From Lingula anatina (taxonomy: Eukaryota > Animalia > Brachiopoda), in NCBI GenBank assembly GCA_051362555.1, contig CM120645.1, positions 8,494,001 through 8,558,000 of the forward strand: a stretch of DNA of 64,000 nucleotides, in the 5' to 3' direction. The position numbers and the translations under genes are program-made. The notes under the pieces are model-generated. The model was not told where the DNA came from, did no database searches, and worked only from the letters and a program-made list of their open reading frames with translations. The stretch's first letter is position 1, and every line of letters begins with the position of its first letter. This document shows positions 59,501 to 64,000 of this stretch, piece by piece.

Positions 59501-61122
59501 CTTGTGATAAAAACTTTGAAAGATCAGTAATTGATTTATAGCAGATCCAATTCAGTCTAGTGTAAACAGTCTTTGTATTCTACGTATCCATAGGCTATAG
59601 CTGTCCTAGCCCAGTCCAGTTTCCAGAGGCATGCATAGCAGGACAATACCAAAACCAGACAGGCAGGACAGCATGTCGACAGGTTAGTGAGACATATTTG
59701 TGATGAACTGGATTAGCATGACAGTAATAAGACAGGTTTGTGAAACATTGTGATGAACCAGACTAGCATGACAGTAATTAGACAGCTTTGTGAGACATTG
59801 TGATGAACTGGACTAGCATGACAGTTATTAGACAGGTTTGTGAGATATTGTGATGAACCACACTAACATGACAGTAATTAGACAGGTTTGTGACACATTG
59901 TGATGAGCCGGACTATTAAACAATGTAATTTCTTTACTTTTAAAAGTGTTTTTTTTTTAATTTCATAACTGATGTAGAATAGTGTTATGTAGTTAATAAA
60001 TTGTCACACACAGGCACCGAAGTCATGAATTTTACTAACCTTTTCACTCTGTTTGATGACCTATCTTGATCAGCTGACTGATTTGAATACTCTGGATTCC
60101 CTTATGCATCAATCAAGATCAAGAACCTAAATCAGAACTGGTTTGCTAAAATAATTTTTAAAAACAATTATAAGCATAGCGTGATAACCTCTTATGTTTC
60201 TTTCAGTGTCCAGATGGCTATTACCAGACTGACCAGGCCCAGGAATATTGTTTGGAGTGTCCAGAAGGTACCTTTATTCATTTTACCTTGGACAGTTTCA
60301 GAATGGCTTACTTTGGGGGTCGGAGTTTATATGTGCGGCCTTGTATAATTTTAGGCTTTTTCAAGCATAAGATTTGTTTGAGGAGGATGAAGATTCCAGT
60401 TGGGTGATTACTGGTCATAGATTCTAGTTAATATCCCACAACAAGTTCTCTTCAATTGGTTACTATATTTGATGAAAAAAGTTTTTCTTTTTGATATACA
60501 TAATTTACTCCTAATAAAAATGCATATATAATCTTCATAAGGAGCTCATAATGACTTTTGCTATAGTGCCCATATCAGCTTACACTGGTTGCTGATATCT
60601 CTGAAAGATGATTTAACCTGCAATTGTTTCTGTATGAAAAAAAAATAGAACATCCAGATTGTTACAATGTGTTTACTGTTTTAGACCCCATTCCCATAGA
60701 TTTTAGGTCGATCTATCCCTGTGGGGAGTCTCACTAGATTACTGTCAGCTTAGCCGGCTTAAGTGTCTGTCCTGCCTACTAAAAGCTGTTAGGGGGTAAT
60801 TAACTATGGTGCACGCTCGGCTGCCTGCAATTTAGCATGAACCCCCAGGGAGTTAGGTCGATCTAAATATAAATCTCTGGTTCGATCTAAATCTCTGGGA
60901 ATGCGCCCTTAGATTTTTTATATCTTAATAAATTGTTTTTTTTTAAATTGTCTATATCAAATCTACTGATGATTTTGTAATGAATTATAGACTTTAAATT
61001 AATACATTAATATCGTTTTTTCTTCCTTGACAGGCCACAGCTGTGGTAAGCCCGAGGGTCACCCAGTGCCCTGCCACCCTGGACAGTACCAGAATGACAC
61101 CGGAATGACCAGCTGTAAACAG
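41999..61122 (+). CDS. Large Cys-rich extracellular protein, 3'-incomplete: signal, EMI, EGF, Ca-EGF, SEA, then many ephrin-receptor-like (GCC2/GCC3-type) repeats
   Basis: Exons: 41999-42075 (signal [15 protein letters not shown]), 42524-42646 + 43530-43633 (EMI: VC…CGFMGFGRC…YR…CCPGW), 43957-44049 (EGF), 44511-44630 (DIDEC cbEGF), 44938-45074, 45355-45422, 45783-45976 or 45850 (SEA), 46318-46659, 47392-47859, 48035-48298, fifteen cassettes 48934-59231, 59594-59682, 60207-60267, 61034-61122. No stop codon is reached in the window. Confidence 0.88.
43006..43213. mobile_element. Harbinger-like MITE (inverted relative to the copy at 60684)
   Basis: TTA|GGGTGCTTTCCCAGAGATTTAGATCGA...; reverse complement of 60684-60908; far end eroded. 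Confidence 0.75.
43655..43830. repeat. Minisatellite of about 29-30 bp
   Basis: Repeated GGTTACAACA(A/C)CCTGGGT(T/A)ACCTGGG units just after the exon ending at 43633. Confidence 0.75.
48934..59231 (+). repeat. Array of 15 homologous phase 1-1 coding exons (297 nt; one 291 nt)
   Basis: 48934-49230, 49689-49985, 50408-50704, 50979-51269, 51684-51980, 52419-52715, 53142-53438, 54253-54549, 54880-55176, 55682-55978, 56616-56912, 57261-57557, 57808-58104, 58461-58757, 58935-59231. Each encodes three ~33-aa units, GHxCP…PxxCxxGxYQxxxGxxxCxxCP. Confidence 0.93.
50150..50243 (+). mobile_element. Short RTE-like LINE 3' remnant
   Basis: Translates [15 protein letters not shown] (AQDR..WR-like motif) followed by a TAAGTAA tail. 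Confidence 0.4.
59650..59915 (+). repeat. Minisatellite of about 50 bp seeded on an exon end and donor
   Basis: Unit AACCAGACTAGCATGACAGTAATTAGACAGGTTTGTGAGACATTGTGATG (about 5 copies) resembles the exon end AACCAGACAGGCAGGACAGCATGTCGACAG|GTTAGTGAGACA. Confidence 0.85.
60684..60908. mobile_element. Harbinger-like MITE
   Basis: TTA TSD (60681-60683 / 60909-60911); ends GACCCCATTCCCATAGATTT...AAATCTCTGGGAATGCGCCC; homologous to 43006 and 438. Confidence 0.8.
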
Positions 61123-61169
61123 GTCAGTTATGTCACAGTCACTGGTCACAACATCCAGGACTCAGTTAA

Positions 61170-61654
61170 GGGAACTCTCCACGCCTTTGAAATTCCCTCA
61201 GATTCAAATCTATATTCTTCAAAGCTTGTGTAAATAGGAGTCCATGAAGGTGAAGGTTAGGAAGGCTATGTCATATTCTACTTGACTGGACAGTTATTAG
61301 TACCACCAGCCTGTACGCTGGTGGTACTCATGGTTTTAGTCCTGACCCGTATCGTCCGGCTCCACCGGCTCCGCAGGGTGGCGTGGGATACAAGTCACCG
61401 TTACCGCTTCTCCTCCTAGACCGCACAGACCTGTGTCCCCATCTCTAATTGAAAATTCAATGCTATATATCTCCTAAACGGAAGGAATTATGGGAAAAAT
61501 TAGTATAGAAGTCTGACTGAAAGTCATATATTTTAAGAGTAAATTTTCATATTAAAAATGAAATAGGACATGGAATCCAAATGCAGGAATGGGTCAAGCG
61601 ATGATTCTTGAGTAGGAGAAAATTTTGACAGGAAAATCCCGTGGTGAGTGCCTT
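61170..61654. mobile_element. TTAA-flanked (Kolobok-like) non-autonomous element, possibly with a nested hairpin-ended Helentron/DINE-like piece
   Basis: TTAA|GGGAACTCTCCACG … CGTGGTGAGTGCCTT|TTAA, with an internal hairpin AGTACCACCAGC-ctgtac-GCTGGTGGTACT at about 61299-61328. Confidence 0.45.
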
Positions 61655-61942
61655 TTAAGATTTTTGATCAGAAAGATGAACTGGTACCCAAGGGGGTGTC
61701 ATGAAAAAAAAGGTTAAACCTATTAAAGGTTATAGGTAATTAAACTAAGATGGAATGTCAGCACCTAATGACTGTGACAATAAGGGCAGACACTACCTCA
61801 ATCTCCCCCCCCCCCCCCAAGCATTTGTTTGTCACCCTGTTCTCACTAAATTATAACACCAAGTTTTATGCCAATACCCCCAACATAGTGCCACCCTGCT
61901 TAATGAAGATGAAGCACAGCCTTGTCTCCGAAACTACCAGGT

Positions 61943-62112
61943 CAGGGGCGGATTTAGGCCGTCTTCTGGGTCTTCCGGAAGACGGTCAGATTTTCAAGTT
62001 TACATAGACGGGTATCTAATTTTTTCTGTCGGAAGACGGTCAAAAAATAGAGGATGGATCAACAAAATATAATATGGAAGACCGTCAGAAAATATCTCTG
62101 GATCCGCCCCTG
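61943..62112. mobile_element. MITE with CAGGGGCGGAT TIRs and 5-bp TSD CAGGT (hAT5-like)
   Basis: CAGGGGCGGATTTAG...CTGGATCCGCCCCTG; CAGGT at 61938-61942 and 62113-62117; internal GGAAGACGGTCA repeats. Confidence 0.8.
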
Positions 62113-62544
62113 CAGGTGAGCCAAAAAACCAACGTAGCAGTGTGAATGGTCTAAACATATTTCTGAGAGCTGAGTAATAGATTTATTTATAATCAGTAAC
62201 ATAAAAAATTTGAATGAAAAAGATAAATGAGGGTTGCTTAGTGTTTAAAGATGTCATATGCCTTGTATAGAAACCACTGTATGGGACACATTTGCTCATG
62301 TAATGCACAAACATGAGCTTTTTCTGTGGAAAAGCAGAATTTCGTGTTTTTTTAATTCAATTCTGATGGTTCCTGGGACTCGTCAAGGTTAGGTGTTGGG
62401 TCCCATGATAAATGTTCCGAGTTTTTTTTTTAAACCTAGGCTCATGACTGAATGCAGGGGCTATTTTTTAACAGTCTTCCAAATTATCTTTATTGATCAA
62501 TCCTAATCTGAATATCTGAATCTGAATAAGTAATTTACATAACA

Positions 62545-63590
62545 TATATTGTTGTTTATTTCACTGTATTTCAGGCCTACAGGCCAAGAGTACATCAATT
62601 GAGTTCTATTTATAATAATACTGAGCTGACTACACAGGAATATATATATCATAAACGACACAAATCACTTATCTAAAAAACATCTCTTAATTTCTCAGCA
62701 TGATATATGAAGGCCGCAAGTCTTTTTATAAAGTCATCATTATGTGATGACAGAGCAGTCGCTAGTGACAATGTTGTAATCTAGGGAATATAGCGTTCCC
62801 TCAGACCGTTATATAAACTACATGACATTAACACGTGTTCCTCATTCTCAATAATTGTTATGCCATCAGAAAGGCATGCAGCACATACTCTATTTTCCCC
62901 ATCTACACTGGCATACCGACCCTTCTCAACCTGTAAATTGTGGTTTGATATTCTGAACCTGCAGTAGGCCCTTCATAAACTCCTGATTTATATAAATACC
63001 TTTGCAGGAGAATTCTTCATAAAGATAAATGAGATCAGTTATGAATAAGCAAAACAAAAACGGGCTGACCATGCATCCTTGCCTGGTACCAACACTACAT
63101 GAGAACGTTGACGTGTAGCTTGATGTGTTTGGTAGCCTTATACAAGCTTGCAATTGTGCATACATAGACTTGAGAACACTGAGCATATTGCCATGGACAC
63201 CGTTTGCACATGTTTTAAACCAGAGGTACTGGTGATCCACGCAATCAAAAGCCTTTTGAAAGTCAACAAACATACAGTAAAATTACCTCCCTTTTTCGAC
63301 AAGTATTTTTGTATCATTGCTTGTAATGAAAATATTTGGTCCTGAGTGCAATACCCTTTCCTAAAACCAGCCTGGCATTCACTGATAATATCCTCCCGAG
63401 TTGCCCAGGTATTTAATCTATTACTTAGTATCAGTAATTTAGTAAACACCTTGCCAACAACACTTAGTAATGATATGCCTCTGAAGTTGTTTGGATCATT
63501 CGTGTTACCTTTTTTATGCAAAGGAAAAATGATGGCAACCGACCATGATTCAGGAAACTGACCAGTGGCAAGTTTGTTGATCAATCCTCT
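62545..63590 (-). pseudogene. Decayed CR1/L2-group (Crack/Daphne-like) LINE reverse transcriptase fragment
   Basis: Motifs WSVAIIFPLHKKG..DPNNFRGISLLS, QAGFRKG, FVDFQKAFDCVD, GTRQGCMVSPFLF, then C-terminal GRY…RVCAAC…ENEEHVLMSC..Y..LR. There is a frameshift, and the YADD region is absent. Confidence 0.85.
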
Positions 63591-63965
63591 ATTTATGAAG
63601 GTCTTCTGCCAGATAAAATTAGATGTCTGTTAATGTATGCCTCCATCGGCCTCTGAGTGTCATGGTGAACAACATTTTGGGATATTTTAAGTCTCCAAGG
63701 GCCAATCTGCATAAGCCTATTTAGAATGTAAATTTCTACCATAGTAGGGGGATATTTCTTATGTGCCTTTTACAATAAAAGATTGCCTTATTAAAGTTTA
63801 AACTATTAAAGGTAATAGGTAAGTCTTTGTTTGACTAAACTTTGTGCCCTCTCTCTCTCCATCCCCCCTATCCTACATGTATTAAAGTCTGGAATGGTTA
63901 TGTATTAAGGATTCTTTCTTTGTGAGACTTAGGTGAAGACAGAACTGAAAACTGATATAATTTTA

Positions 63966-64000
63966 GGCTTCGTTCACATGCAATGTCTATTTTCTAATTT
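63966..64000. mobile_element. Start of a second copy of the 41641 Harbinger MITE (cut by window edge)
   Basis: TTA|GGCTTCGTTCACATGCAATGTCTATTTTCTAA is identical to the 41641 terminus. Confidence 0.85.

Overview
AT-rich, intron-rich animal genomic DNA, probably a marine lophotrochozoan such as an annelid (taxon inferred, not shown). There are three plus-strand genes. (1) A complete 8-exon phytanoyl-CoA dioxygenase (PHYH, 7767-13295) that ends in a PTS1 SKL and starts with a degenerate PTS2; it sits head-to-head with an unidentified minus-strand gene. (2) A complete type-I membrane protein, signal-TSP1x2-C-type lectin x2-CCP x7-Ser/Thr stalk-CCP-TM (20147-38623), whose first seven CCPs share one 1.94 kb exon. 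(3) The 5' part of a very large secreted or surface protein, signal-EMI-EGF-cbEGF-SEA followed by ephrin-receptor-like/GCC2-GCC3 Cys repeats (41999 to beyond 61122). Gene 3 carries 15 tandem phase 1-1 exons (fourteen of 297 nt, one of 291 nt) that are homogenised at the DNA level while their introns look unrelated. Mobile DNA is abundant: a Ginger-like foldback element, a THAP-encoding Kolobok derivative, two inverted copies of a 728-bp hAT-like element inside PHYH intron 1, Harbinger and 5-bp-TSD MITEs, a tRNA-derived SINE, and RTE and CR1/L2-group LINE fragments. Gene models were read by eye from splice signals and frame continuity; no database searches were run.
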